Shown: piece after piece, positions 1 to 11,911 of the stretch
How the letters are laid out: every line of letters starts with the position of its first letter
Numbering within the stretch: position 1 is the stretch's first letter
Source: Aplysia californica
Taxonomy: Eukaryota
Length of the DNA: 64,000 nucleotides
Assembly: GCF_000002075.1 (NCBI RefSeq)
Contig: NW_004797398.1
Span: 373,956 to 437,955, forward strand
Reading direction: 5' to 3'
Program-made: the position numbers and the translations under genes
The notes under the pieces: model-generated
What the model was told of the DNA's origin: nothing
The model's database searches: none
The model's input: only the letters and a program-made list of their open reading frames with translations

Positions 1-1311
1 GGGTCGGCTATAGACGCGTATGTACTCTCATCAGTTCAAGTTATTATGCCACATATGTATCAAGGGAAATAACTGAGGATTAATGTACCTCATATAACAC
101 CAAAGTAGTTACGCAGCCTTCTTGAAGTAATAGGTTTTGCAGCTTCGTGCACGGGGCTTTCTCTGAAACCCCCACGACCAGATCGTAGCATAAACGAATA
201 ATATTTGGAGGGGTGAAAGGGTTACATTACGTTGAGTATCAAAATGTTTAAATGACCGTTTTAAAACGAAGGCTTGGCGAAAATGCCCCCACCCCCCACC
301 CCACTCCCTTCCCAAACCCAGATCTTATGAAATTCTTATGAAATTGTCCAGTAAACAGCTGTTTTCTGACGCTGATGCACCTGAAGAATGAGTCATCTGC
401 CAGCAGATAAATAAATTTGAGTTGAAAACGTTTCAAATTGTAGTTGGAAACAAAGGGGCCTACGGCTGCAAGTCTAAAGCCCATTTCCTATTTTTTGACA
501 GCATGTTTAATTAAAAGTTTTAACTTGTGAACGTTAGCATTTTCAGCATAATAATGTAGGCTTCAAGCTACAAGCAAGTATTATCAAATCTGTACATTTT
601 AAGAAACGAATAAAGATATGTTAATGTGGGGATACAATAAATGTAGTAGTCTATGCAAGTAGACATTTCTAATTAGATCTAATTAGGAACACAAAACAAA
701 AATAATGCAGCATCTAGTCAGAAGACATGTCGACTTCTAAGTGTTAAAAAAATAGTATAGGCGACCGTGGTCCACCATTTATTTCTTTTTTTAAAAACAG
801 CTGCTTTGTCCCTGCCGCTTCCCATCAATATCTGTTCAGGTTTTCTAACTAGTCTACGGCTTATAACCTGCTCTTTGTCTACTTCTGACTTCTTAGCCCT
901 AGATTCTATTTTTTTTCCCAGTGAGAGCATGATGTTCTGGTCTTTATGTCAAGTATTCAGGAAACTGCACTGACCTTCCCAATTGCTTTTATTCGTGAGC
1001 TTCTTTCAGGAATATTTGATTTCTTTTCAGTCATTCTGTAGTTTCTTAAGAAATCATACTTATGTAGTTTCTATGCTATCTTTGGTCTCCGGCATTCACA
1101 GCTGTTCAGAAGGATTGAAGCCACACAGTTTTTTTTAGAATCTTATTTTGAATGTCATTCGGGTGTTTCGATTTTTCAGGACTGGAATCATTTATTGAAA
1201 TTATCTCCAGCTGTTGTAATTCTTCATTTTATTTATGTGGAACGTTTGGTATATCGAATGTAATGAAGCATTTTAAACTGTTAAACTTGTTTGATCTTTT
1301 TGCCTTTGCTT

Positions 1312-1776
1312 ATGATCACCCCCAAACCAGCGCGTCAAAGGTGGCGGATAGCGGACGGCTTCCAGATATGGGGATCAGCTGCAGCTGCGTGTCCAAATAA
1401 GCATCCGCGGACCAACAGGGTATGATTACGGGGGGGGGGGGGGGGGGGGGGAGGAGTTTTGGTTTTGAGTTTTGGTGGTTCTGCTACTATTATTTATTAA
1501 TGCCTCAATATGTCCCTCAAAGTGGTCATCGGGCGAATTGAGGCTCCCATAACCTCTTACCTAGGCTTGAGGTATGAGTCAAATAGTGAGGATGTCTAGG
1601 CACTCGGTGGATAAGAGATTTATTTTTCTCCAACAGCAAAGGGCAGAAAAGATGAGGATGTTTTATCCAAAATTGCCACCACACAGTGGTGCTTTGTCTC
1701 CTCCAGCAGCTACGGAAGCTTATTAGGATTTTCCTGCGGTGAATGACGATGGGCTAACAACACGTCTCTTAAAACT
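1312..1776 (+). mobile_element. Degenerate RTE-type LINE 5' UTR-like fragment
   Basis: GCGCGTC..GGTGGCGGATAG..ACGGCTTCCAGATATGG..AGCTGC..AATAAGCA..CGCGGAC and the terminal GGGCTAACAAC resemble RTE 5' leaders as I recall them; not verified by a search. Confidence 0.4.
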
Positions 1777-2235
1777 TTACTTGTCTCTGAAACGTACACG
1801 CTGCTGTGTGCTCGTTCTACGAGAATTGCAGAATCTACATCTTATGAGGTAAGATATAATATATAACTGGAGTTGGGCAAAGCTGTATATTATCACCTGT
1901 ACTTTTGGGAATTGTAATCGATATTGTAAAGAGACAGAGCAAAGACACCGAAACAGACTTTGAATGGACAAATGGCACATAGCCTATTTAAGAGATTGCG
2001 AATGACTGCCTATTTAACACCACAACAGTAGCCTACAGGAAATGCAATTAAAAGCAAATGAATTAGCAAGAGCTTCTAAAAAAAAAGATGACCTTGTAAT
2101 AAAATTGCAAGTGTTGATTATCATCACCGGAAAATACTCACATTCCTCTTTATGGAAAACCTCTTGCAGAAATTAATGGATTAATCAATAAGTACCTTGG
2201 CAGCATTATCTCCAAAACTGCAGACTTCCTCATTT

Positions 2236-2239
2236 GTGT

Positions 2240-2312
<73 letters not shown>

Positions 2313-2320
2313 TGTCTGTG
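2236..2320. repeat. (TG)n microsatellite
   Basis: Direct; another long (TG)n tract lies at about 49973-50044. Confidence 0.95.
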
Positions 2321-3306
2321 TAGTTAGTTTAGTTGTGGCAGGTGGTCTCTTACTTAGATCTACGGACTGTGCCCTCGACAAGAGGCCGTAAACACGTTTT
2401 GTTTTTCTGCATATTATATCATTTATGTTTTGGGAACTCTGCGCCCCCCCTAAAAATAAATTTTAAAAATAATATTGTTTAAAATCCAGTGCATCATCAT
2501 CATATCCAGTGCCAGATCTGCGGAAGACATCGGCGATCATTCCTTTGTTCGGATGCTTTAAAAAAAAAGCTACAATCCCTGATCTTTCCCCGTTAGAAAA
2601 GACCTTTATCATTATGTGTCTATTCAAGTGTCCCAAAACTGCATTTTTCGTTTCCTGGTTGTTTTTAACAGTGAACGTCCCCGTGGGCTTCATCAAGCAC
2701 TACCTCATTTGATTTCTTTTCCTACCTCGGCATTCTCAGCAGTCTCCTTCGAAGCCACATTCTATTGCTTCTATTCTATTTTCACTGTGTCTTTATTAGT
2801 GGTTACCAAGCATTCACAGTCATAATATATAGGCCTATAGAAGGGGTAACGACCATACATAGCATTTCAGAATTTTAATTTGTGTTGTCATTGAGATGTT
2901 TCTATTTTTTCAGGATAATCCAGTACACAAACAGCTTCTAAATACTTACTCTCTTAGATTATGTACATGTATCACTTCTCGCATGATGACTCATTTTTAC
3001 TTGCATAGAAATGACAGCAAGGATTAGGCCTACTTATATATTATTATATTGAGGCCATAATTTGAGAATAAGATTTCTCACTTCAGTTTTTTTTTAAATT
3101 TAACCAGCAGTCTTTCAAATTCTTTCTTACTTCGCCCACGGTTTCGTCAAGGGTTTGCATACTAGATATCTAGTTATAATGCGATAAATAAAGGTATGCA
3201 CCAATGCTGCTGCAACCATCATTGTTAGTGAAAGATAATTAAAACGAAGGAAACAACAATACGAAAACTCATAAGAAGGCAAAGAGATAACATTGCGACT
3301 CCTCGC

Positions 3307-3325
3307 CACAGAATTCTATTCTGTG
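3307..3325. mobile_element. 19-bp palindromic transposon remnant or footprint with 8-bp TSD
   Basis: CACAGAATTCTATTCTGTG flanked by CTCCTCGC at 3299-3306 and 3326-3333. Confidence 0.75.
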
Positions 3326-3512
3326 CTCCTCGCCCACCACTCAAAGAGCTACTATAAAGGGAAGTGACTCTCAATGGTTATTGTATCAATCAATGGCTTC
3401 GAAGCAGAGCTTCTTCCACGACAGCAGAATTTGAGACTTCATATTCTGTTGTGATTCTTGTTATATTTATTGAAGTTTATAACCTTTTATTTACTTTTGT
3501 GTCGCATCCACA

Positions 3513-6500
3513 ATGGGTTGCATGTGTGGTAAAGAGTCTCTGTCCATAGATGACCGGAGATTTTTCATAAGACAGCGGCTAGGAGAAGGGTTAGTATTTT
3601 ATTTGGCCGGCTGTATTTTCTCCGAACGCTCGGGAAAATAAACTTGAGGGCTGTCGTTATTCTCACCCCCGGGGTGAAAATAAAATTATGGTGAGAATAA
3701 TATCCATTCAGAAAGGAATTCACTTGCCAGAGTAGTAGATCTATGTTTTAAAGAATAATAGCCTTAACTGAAAGCTGTTTAATGAAATAATGTTGATAGT
3801 TTGTCATTGAATTGGCATTTGTTTACAAAGTAACAAAGTACAACACACCAAAAAATGAAAGTGGCTATTCTCACCCGCCCGGAAGTTCTCGCAAGATCAA
3901 CTCCTCCCCTCTTCTCTCTCTCTCTGTCTCTTTCTGAATACTGTCTATCGGTGTGGACGATCAAATTAACCAAAACAAAGTTAAAAAATGATGTTAAAAC
4001 ACAAAAGTAAATTGATTTGGTTGTCTACAAAGATGCTACGGCTATTTAACTTTTCGAATCGAGCCGAACTACGCGGGTCGCCATTTTGTTTTGCCCGGAA
4101 ATTCTCGCGCTACTCCTCTCTCTCTTTCTCTCTCTCTCTCCACTGCCCACAGACAAAATTGTACGCTTTTAGTAGGCTACAGTTGTAATGGAACGTTTGT
4201 TCACGGCACAGAATTCTACAATTTTTCTGTTATCACAGTGCAGAATTCTGTGGTTTAGGGTGAATGCAAAATTTGGTGAACACGCACCGGGTGAGAATAG
4301 CCACAAGACTTGCCTGCACTATTCTCACTCCAGGTGAGAATAGAGGTGGCCCCAAAAAATATGTTTAAATTGCTTTCCCTAGCAGAAGAACCTACGATTA
4401 TTTTTAAGGAACGCAGTGCCTTGACCCTAGGCCTAGGCTAGGCTTATATTTTTTCTTAATTTTGATATTTGTTAAACCATTCAAGAGTAAAATTTTCCAT
4501 TACAGAACTAAAATACACTTAGACTTAAAATAAGTAAAACAAAAGGTAACGCTATTTGGGCAAAAGATAAAGGTTTTCCCCATAATCGACAACATTCGCC
4601 TCCCGCGCTCAAGAGCTGGCCTGCTCGTTGGCGATTTTAGTCACCTCACGCGCTCAGTAGAGTGAGAGAGGGAGGGAGGCGAGTTTTGTCGCCTGGAGCG
4701 CTCAGTGACAGGGGTCCTATGATGCTCGAAACAAAAAAAATGGGTGAGAATAGTAGGCTGTCGTTATTCTCACCCGAGGTTAGAATAATATAAATTTTAT
4801 TCTCACCCCATATTCAGTTTTTATCCTCACCCCGTCATCTATTACTATTCTAGTATAATTACTCTCTACCACTCTCTTTCTTGTCTGGGGTCGCTGTCAC
4901 CCCCTCTAATTAGGCCATATATGCACTTTAATAGTTTTTTATCTAGATCTAGATTCTAGTTCATTGAATAAGAAAAAAGATGACATGAAGCTACAGTGAG
5001 CACCTAGCACACCTCTGTGATTGGCCCAAATATGGATGACGTATTTCCGCCATCTATTTTTGTTGTCTTCAGGGGTTTCCCCCCAAGACTCTTGGGTTTC
5101 CCTCGCGAGTAACTGTTGACTAGATTTCGCCGTCTTTGTCTTTTTAAAAAATTAATTAGTATTATAATATTATTTATTCTTCTAGATATTTACTTTCTCC
5201 TCAAAGTTTTGTACACACACACACACACGCAAGAGCGCGCGCACACACAGCCCAAGCAGTCGGCGATGAAACCTAGTGACGTAGCCCATGATGCGGACCC
5301 GCCACGGTGAGATCTAGTCAACTGACAAGGGAAGCCCTGAAAGACGACAAAAATAGATGGCGGAGATACGTCATCTATATTTGAGCCAATCACAGGGGTG
5401 TGCTAGGCGCTCGCTGCAGCTTCATGTGAAAAGATGGTGTTCTGTCGAGAATCCAGTATACTTTGTAGTGTAGAGTAGAGTGGGCTGTTGCCTTGCCTTG
5501 GCCCTTGGCATTGTAAACTCTGACTCTACTGATCTGTCATAATCAAATTAATTATAGCCACACATAATACAGACTAATATGAATGTCCATCCTATGGTGA
5601 TGTCAAGCAAAAATAGCTTTTAAAATTACTTGTCTTTTCAAAATGATTCAACAATGTCTTCATTTTTCTTGTATAAGCAACAAGTCACAATTTTCCTTGA
5701 TTCTTTACTTTACAGAGGTTTCAGCTACGTTGATTTGGTAGAAGATGCTGTTTCCCACAAGACGTATGCCCTCAAGAGAATTCTTTGTCATTCAAAAGAA
5801 GAAGAGCAGATAGCCCTACAAGAAGTGGAGGTGATGCGGGCAGTAGCTCATCCCAATGTCATCCCACTGGAGTGTCACTCCTTCCATAAAGTCGGGCAAT
5901 ATTCTAAAGCAGTTGATATAACCTGTGAAGTCTTCCTAGTTATACCACTGTATAGGGTAAGTCCTGTGTTTGTCGGTGGGAGTTTTATATTTTTCAGAAT
6001 TTTCGTGTTCAAACTTACTACAAGTATTACTAAATTCCAGTAAAGATGAACAGAGGATGGCTTATTTTTTTGTGTACATTGTTAAGCTTTGACATTTAGG
6101 TCAGGATATTTGGGCAATATTTATATCTATTTAATAGATGCTGCTCTATAGAGTTTTCCAGAGATTAGCAGGGGAATAGATGGTTCAAGATGAACTATGT
6201 TCGTTGTCTTTATTTTGCATCTTTGAGTGCACAAAGTCCAGAATATGGCACTGGTCATTTTTAAGGAATTTTGAAAAATACATATTGCAGTCTAGCAAGG
6301 ACTCATAGCGGAATTGGGATGCGAAAATCTTTTTGTTATGTAGAATTCACACAATGTATGTGTTTTGAATACAAAGAATAATTAAGAATATAATGTGTAA
6401 GAAAAAATTTGAGACCTGAAAATCTGTTCACTAAACTCTATGTGAGGGCTTCATTATTATGTGTGAACAGTGTGTGTTTTTTTGCGTGTGTTTGTTATGT

Positions 6501-9500
6501 GCATGCCAGACTGTATACTTGAACATTGGCTCCAGTATTGAAAACTTTTCTCAGAGTTAATAGTTGAGTAGCTCAGAAAAACAAGACACTGTTGTTTGGA
6601 TTTTGTGGGTGAAAGAGTTGAGATTATTGTACAATATTATGGTTTTTGTCCTGTTAATTTTTTGGTATAGGGAGAAGTAGTTTAGTTTATAGTTAAAAAT
6701 TCTGGTGTTTTTTACACCCCCATTAACACAGTGAGTTTCGATCATTTAGGAGTGGGGCTTTAATCCTTTCTGTCAGGGCCAACCGGAGCTGAAAGATCGA
6801 TACCCCATATCGTCCCAGTAGAAAGACCAAGATATTCGATAATAATTCTCCTCACACAGGAATTGAACTCATGTCTTCTGCATGCAATGGAGAAGCATCC
6901 AACTGCTGCCCCACAGATGCCAGTGTTTTGTCTGTTTATTTTTACACTTTATGATATGATTCATTGTATTAAATATATATGTTGAACTCGAATTCAATTT
7001 ACATAAACTGGTTTCATATTTATTTTTATTTTTTTGTCTTCTATAAGAGAGGTACCCTTCAAGATCGAATAGACACCCTGAAATTAAAGAAAGAAAAATT
7101 TACAGAAGATGAAATCTGGAAGCTCATGCTTGGCATTTGCAAAGGGATCAAAGCATTACATGATCATAATCCCCCATATGCACACAGGTCAGTATCTTTT
7201 CTTTCTTGTTTGGGGGGGGGGGGGGTGGGAGGGGGTGATGTTTTTGTCTTTTTTGGTAAAAAATTCTTTATCTCATTCGCTACGCCGAGCCGTGGGGGGT
7301 GGTGCGGCTAAAGTGCCGTCAGTACGCTAAGCCGCCCCCGGCGGCTGGAGAACTGACCTTCAATTTTAGCTTAGATTCTATTCCAATCCACATATCCATG
7401 TTAAAATAAAGGTCATAATATAATGTTGACTTCCGGGTCAAGCATTTCCACTGAAAATTGGAAGTTTAGATTCAGTTTTGAAACGCGATTTCGTAGTTTA
7501 TTCGACTTTGTTTTATCACGATGCCAAAATTATAGCCCGGACACCAGTCTTAGTAATTTTACACAACAAAATCTATTATTATTTTGCCCACTAAAGAAGT
7601 GTAGGACTCTTTTTTTATAATATTGATACAATTGGACTCATATTGCCAATGCACTGTTATTGAGAAATCAATATTTTTGAGTGCCAGATCTAGGTCTAGA
7701 TCTAAATTGTCAAAATATTTTTTTCTACCCAAAATCACTACTTTTTAAAATGAAATTACACAAAAAGTGCCACTCAAGACCTGTATAAGTTTATTCCAAA
7801 TGCAATTCTGAATAATTCCATATAAGATACGAGTGGGTTTTTTTCTGTTTGTGATCGTTTTTCAAGATTATAAAAAAAAATTATTTTTTCAATATTCGGA
7901 TGTTATGATCCAAATGTACAAATATTATGGAATGTATGTAAATAACTGCAAACTTTTCCTTATTTTCCAGTTCTATATTCATTTATGGTTATTTTGATGT
8001 ATCATTTGACTAGGTACCAGCATATTTTTTTAGTTTCACCAAAGATTATAAAGTTTATATTTTCAAATTTTATCCGCATACAATCAAAGTTGTGTTGCAT
8101 AATCGCCTCTTACAAGAACCAAAGTTGAAAAATACATAAATAAACATTACAGATGTATTCTACAATCTATACTGGAAATATTGGTATATAATATGTTGAT
8201 ACTTATTTGAATTTGTGGCCCCAAAGACCTTTTAACTGCTCACTAGTCATCATCTCATTCGCCCTCCCGAAAAAAAATTCGTCCACAAGCCGAAAATAAT
8301 ACATAGTGAATGAGTAAAGGTCTACTTTTTCTATCTTTCAAGTTTGAGTTTGCTGAGGTTTACTTCATCAATTAAATTGCTTTTAAAGGATAGCTAGTCA
8401 TGACCATGTTTTAATTTGTTGTCCTTGAAATAGCCCTTTTAAGATTGTGCACACCTTGCTGAAAAAAAGTATGCTTTGTCTGTCATGTACACAAATGTAC
8501 TGACATGACAAAATACTAAAATTTTGAAAAATGAGAAGCTTGCGTAACTATCGATTCTCCCTGAAAATGTGAACATGTTTTTGATTAAGTTAATGTCATG
8601 CCGATTTCATGAATTTGAGTAAATCCTGCAGAGACATCAAACCTGACAACGTGATGACTCACGATGATGGCACTCCTGTTGTCATGGACTTGGGATCAGC
8701 AGCCCCAGCTCGTATGGAGATTCATACTGCACGACAAGCTACCTCTTTGCAGGTAAAAGTGATAGACTTATACTTATAATGTATATATGTGTCACGAAGC
8801 AGCAGAATTAGGCACTCGTCAATTTTGGGGACATATGGAGTTATTGGTATTATATTATAGCTTGTCCATTTTGTCTCGCTTTTTATGAAAAAAGCCCATC
8901 TATCTTGAATAGCAGTTGAGAGATTTACGATCGAAGGAGGTGTATCCCCTGGTGGCAGAGTTAGATTAGCGAGAAAATGGCTGCCAAAACTGGTGACTTT
9001 CAAAGCTTGAATGTCCTTGTAAACTGCAAATTTACAATTTCTGTGCCTTTGATCAATGTTTTTGAGTAAAATCTACTCGTTGTTGTTAGCGACCCAGATA
9101 AAATCTACTCAGAAATGTGTTTTTAAATTGACACACAATGTGTTGAGCCAAAAAAAGCAAATTCGGAAAAAAAATGCTCTACAGCCACAAAAATGCCATT
9201 AAAAAAAATTCCAGTATTTTGACGACCGCCTGATTTCGCCATAATGCCTCACACATATTCACCGGGAACATGTCAATTCATGCACCCTGCATTTGATTAG
9301 GAACTCTGCTAAGGAGTATAAAACTAAGGCAGATATTTGATTTGTATTGAGAATTTCATCCTGATGCTTTTGAAATAAATGTCCTCGAAGAATTATGTAT
9401 CTTAAGTACAGTGGAAACCTGATATAACAGGGATGGTGGGACCAGGGGAAAAGTCCTGTTGTATCAGATCCCTGTTAAATCAGAAATGCAAGGGAAGTAA

Positions 9501-11911
9501 GCATTTGTGGACTAATCCAGCTGTATTTATTCTTGGGTAGTTTTCCTAGCCACTTGTACCCACACCGCAGCCCTCTCTCGCTTCTCACACTGCGTGTGCT
9601 TGTAGTGGCGTGGCTTGCGTGGGCTTGCTCCATCACTGCGTTACTCTCTCTCTCTCTCTCTCTGTCTCTTACTTTTTTCACATTGTTAACGAGCCTTTGT
9701 CCCTGCTATAACCGATTGGGCTCCGATGAAGCCCTATTATTGCTGATAACTTTTAATAGAGACAAAGAGTAGGAAAAAAACAGGGATTTAAAAAATTCCT
9801 GTTATTACCGGATCTCTGTTATAATCGGGCTTGTTATATATGGTTTCCACTGTAGCCATTTTGTGATAACTTCCTTTCACTGAAACCTCAGATGTAGCAA
9901 AGTTTAAGGGGAGGCACAGTATCTCAGAACACATGTTTGGTTAACTGTCTATTTGCTGGGGGGTGTTCCAATTGTCAGCACTGATTTTCAGCCAAGCTTG
10001 TTTGCTAGGACAGCAGTTTCTCATGTCTTAGCAGTGTTAGTGGACTTGCTTTCTAGATCTGACCCACTCATAATAACATATTCGGAGCCTTGGTCTTCAA
10101 ATTCTCACTTTCTTTACTCCCTCTATTCCCCATCTTGCCCATAATTTTGAAAACTTGCAAATCTAAGTCAAAAAGAGAAATTTGCTGCCTTTTTTAATAG
10201 TGCTCCCAAATTGAGGATGCCCTGATTTACAAAAAGATGTTTAACAGAATTGAAAGATATAAGAAAAGTTATTCAAATTATGTAAATATATTGCAATTTT
10301 CCTGTTAATTCTGGGACAGCCTTCACATGTTGGAAGAAGGAGATATATTTTGAGTTAATGTTACTGATGCTTCCGGGTTTTTTTTCTTTTTAAAAAATCT
10401 GTTATGATGGAACTTAATAATTTTTCACTGACAACTGCTATTACTACTGAAAGTCGAGACTGTACTAAGGACAATGCCTGATGTAAGGGGACTTTTTTTT
10501 TGGTGGGGGCTATAGTTTGTTCTTCTTGGATTTCATTTTTTCTTTCCAAAAGTCTTAATGAGTTATTTTTTATTTTACTCCCTAAATATCTTCTCAGGAT
10601 ACTGCAGCAGAAAGGTGCTCCATGTTGTATAGAGCCCCCGAACTCTTCACTGTGGAAACAAACTCCTCAATCGATGAAAGAACAGACATCTGGGTAATGA
10701 CTTATGAATGCTGTGGTTTTTGTATCAAATTTGACATTTGACTAGTTAAACTACAGTCAAACACGGATAACACAATCTCAGTAAACTCAAAATCGCAGAT
10801 AGCTCGTACAATTTGCTATTCTCTGACTGATTTTCACTTTAATTTTTCATGGTCAGTTTGAGTTATCTGTGTCTGACTGGATGTTTGGGTTGTTGTGAGT
10901 TTTGTAACCTCAGACTAATAACTACGTATTCTTCAGTGTCTGGTGAGTTGATTCAAATTTTGTGACTTTTTAGGGCTCTGTTAGTGGATGGCATGCACGC
11001 CCGCCCCCCCCCCCCCCTCCCCTACTTGAAAAAAGGAGAGGCTTTAGTGGTTAATTAATTTTTTGATTTGACAAACAGTTCGTATTTTTCATGCTTATTC
11101 TCTTATATATATATATATGTTGGGCTTTTCAGTTTTTTTATCTTTGGTTTTTTCTTTTTTTCCTTAGATAATGGTTTAAAAAGGAGACCCACTTACATTA
11201 ATCATGATTTTAAGTATTTGAATACTTTCTGAAAATGCGTCATTCGCTCCTTAAATTAAATTTTGTACATGCAAATGACTTACTCACTGTTTTTTTTAAT
11301 GTTTCAGTCATTAGGTTGTGTGCTGTATGCCCTTGCATATCTCGAGTCTCCATTTGAAAGTGCCTACCAGAGAGGAGATAGTTTAGCCCTTGCCACAATG
11401 GCTGGAAAAATTAATTTCCCAGATTCGTCCGAGTAAGTGGAAATAATAGTTGTTATTAGAAAAACACAGTTTCTTGGTCACATATTATTTAGTCTTTGAA
11501 TTAGGGAATTACCAGTGACTATTGATTTTTCCAATCTGAGATTAGGTGCTGAATGTAACATTGTTTTCGGGGTAGTATGTTATTTGTGCAGAAGTTGATC
11601 ATCTAATAAAACAAATTTTTTTTTCAATGAAGAATTGCTTTTCGACAAAGTTTTTTTTTTTTCTCTATAGTGTGGCTAAAGATTCATGCCTTCCTTTACT
11701 CATGATTGTCATGAACAATATCATCTCCTAATTGATTACCAGCTGCTCTTTTCTCAGTTTGACATCACTCTCCTTCTTCCACAGGTATTCCTCCAAAATA
11801 AATGATATTATCCTGTGGATGCTCAAGTCTGATCCTCAAGAAAGGCCATTCATTGATCAAGTGCTTGATAGGCTACACTCTATCATCCATGAGGGAGAAA
11901 ATCGTGTATGA
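3513..11911 (+). CDS. STK16: Serine/threonine-protein kinase 16 (NAK family), complete, 7 coding exons, 308 aa
   Basis: Exons 3513-3589, 5716-5956, 7048-7187, 8632-8752, 10598-10693, 11308-11432, 11785-11911. All introns GT-AG, phases match, total 927 nt. Translation: MGCMCGKE..RLGEG|GFSYVDLVE..YALKRILCH..RGTL..YAHR|DIKPDN..MDLGS..ERCSMLYRAPELF..DERTDIW|SLGCVLY..RGDSLALA..DPQERP. STK16 signatures include the N-terminal Gly2/Cys lipidation motif and DLG in place of DFG. Confidence 0.96.
3605..4860. mobile_element. Non-autonomous DNA element with dispersed TATTCTCACC/GGTGAGAATA motifs in both orientations
   Basis: The motif recurs at about 3658, 3690, 3866, 4290, 4320, 4333, 4743, 4765 and 4799; boundaries are approximate. 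Confidence 0.5.
4207..4252. mobile_element. 46-bp remnant of the same family (16-nt end + 14-nt filler + 16-nt end)
   Basis: CACAGAATTCTACAAT-ttttctgttatcac-AGTGCAGAATTCTGTG; flanks GTTCACGG and GTTTAGGG match at 6 of 8 positions. Confidence 0.6.
4983..5427. mobile_element. MITE with about 115-bp terminal inverted repeats, Mutator-like
   Basis: ACATGAAGCTACAGTGAGCACCTAGCACACC.. versus ..GGTGTGCTAGGCGCTCGCTGCAGCTTCATGT; 9-bp flanks AAAAAGATG and GAAAAGATG (1 mismatch). Confidence 0.75.
6706..6922 (-). mobile_element. Degenerate tRNA-headed SINE
   Basis: The minus strand has a decayed A/B-box head (GAGTTCAATTCC). Its body and tail GGTTGGCCCTGACAG..TGTGTTAATGGGG..TAAAAAACACC are shared with a + strand fragment at about 46212-46295. 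Confidence 0.55.
7272..8314. mobile_element. Non-autonomous DNA transposon, piggyBac-like ends
   Basis: Terminal inverted repeat CTCATTCGCTA / TAGTGAATGAG with degenerate TTAA-like flanks. Confidence 0.5.
8786..9258. mobile_element. MITE family with ATATGTG..AGGCRCTCGTC ends; 3 copies (also 43207-43667 and 55037-55322)
   Basis: Shared imperfect TIRs ATATGTGTCAC..AATCAGGCGCTCGTC / GACGAGCGCCTGATT..CACATAT and shared internal segments. Confidence 0.7.
9409..9852. mobile_element. Tigger/pogo-type MITE
   Basis: TA|CAGTGGAAACC.GATATAACA..TGTTATAT.TGGTTTCCACTG|TA. Confidence 0.8.

Noticed and set aside
1-340. Possible terminus of a DIRS/tyrosine-recombinase or Penelope-type element
   Set aside because: It looks repeat-like but is cut by the window edge, with no ORF or partner repeat to support a class.
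718-930. Lys/Arg-rich 70-aa minus-strand ORF
   Set aside because: No recognisable domain or splice-compatible partner; adjacent frames are full of stops.
2181-2391. ORFs with TH/CV repeats
   Set aside because: Translations of a (TG)n microsatellite; the same applies to 49919-50158.
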